This document shows, in pieces, positions 63,610-64,000 of a stretch of DNA of 64,000 nucleotides. The DNA lies in assembly GCA_049599475.1 (NCBI GenBank), contig JBMYOQ010000006.1, positions 53,988 through 117,987 on the forward strand. The letters run 5' to 3'. Within the stretch, counting starts at the first letter, position 1. Each line of letters begins with the position of its first letter. A program made the translations under genes and the position numbers. The notes beneath the pieces are model-generated. The model was given only the letters and a program-made list of their open reading frames with translations, did no database searches and was not told the origin of the DNA. The stretch is from Opitutales bacterium. GTDB taxonomy: Bacteria; Verrucomicrobiota; Verrucomicrobiia; Opitutales; JABSRG01.

Positions 63610-63809
63610 CCGAAGGAGCTATATCTCATAGAGGAGTGAATTCAACTTCGAATAACGGCAAGGTGTCCGGATGAGATTTGTGGGCTTCGGGATCCTAGAA
63701 TAGGTGCCAGGATTTGGTGCGTTTCGCGGCGGCTATTAATTTGGACTCGTTGGACAGAACGCACCGTCTACGCATTTTCATAGTCGCCCAAAACCTTACA
63801 CGCGGGAAC

Positions 63810-63835
63810 GGACGGCTCGGAGATCCGCCCCTACC
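63810..63835 (-). repeat. GTAG-type REP (ATCTCCGAG family)
   Basis: Reverse complement GGTAGGGGCGGATCTCCGAGCCGTCC. Confidence 0.75.
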
Positions 63836-64000
63836 TTGGAGATAATGAATGCTCGTTTATTTCGGTCGGCTGATCCAAACGATGGAATGATTAGCTGGGC
63901 TTAGCTCAGCGCCTCTGCTTGAGCGCAGCGGGCGTGAGGCCTTTAGCTAGGGGCTGTCTTCAAATAAATCGATAAAAGCCTTGTACTATTATGGCATGGG

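Noticed and set aside
63896..63950. tRNA-like start GGGCTTAGCTCAG
   Set aside because: No T-loop GTTCRA and no cloverleaf.

Overview
64 kb of a bacterial chromosome, probably Verrucomicrobiota (Opitutales/Puniceicoccaceae-like). This is inferred from the TIGR03790-like protein, the sulfatases, an aromatic C-terminal repeat domain and the gene context. It is mostly core genes (ilvD, pgi, accA, nnr, nrdR, trpG, hrpB, kdsA, pyrG, infC, moaC, ligA, purK, purE) with accessory modules between them. Most notable: (1) a candidate NMT1/xanthine-I-like riboswitch directly upstream of a TonB-dependent receptor, a few kb from a translationally coupled DUF3891/NMT1-type binding protein/deaminase operon, suggesting uptake and catabolism of oxidised purines or pterins; (2) a stand-alone GAF protein plus a leaderless subtilase, convergent with an ECF sigma factor and a small putative anti-sigma; (3) a REP-associated tyrosine transposase with several GTAG-type REP families, two of them inside ~148-bp terminal-inverted-repeat cassettes; (4) two genes interrupted by single in-frame stops whose continuations the ORF track misses; (5) a TetR operator pair, inverted heptamer arrays and an uncalled 54-aa lipoprotein. 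No rRNA, tRNA or CRISPR array was seen. All family calls come from motif recognition by eye, not database searches.
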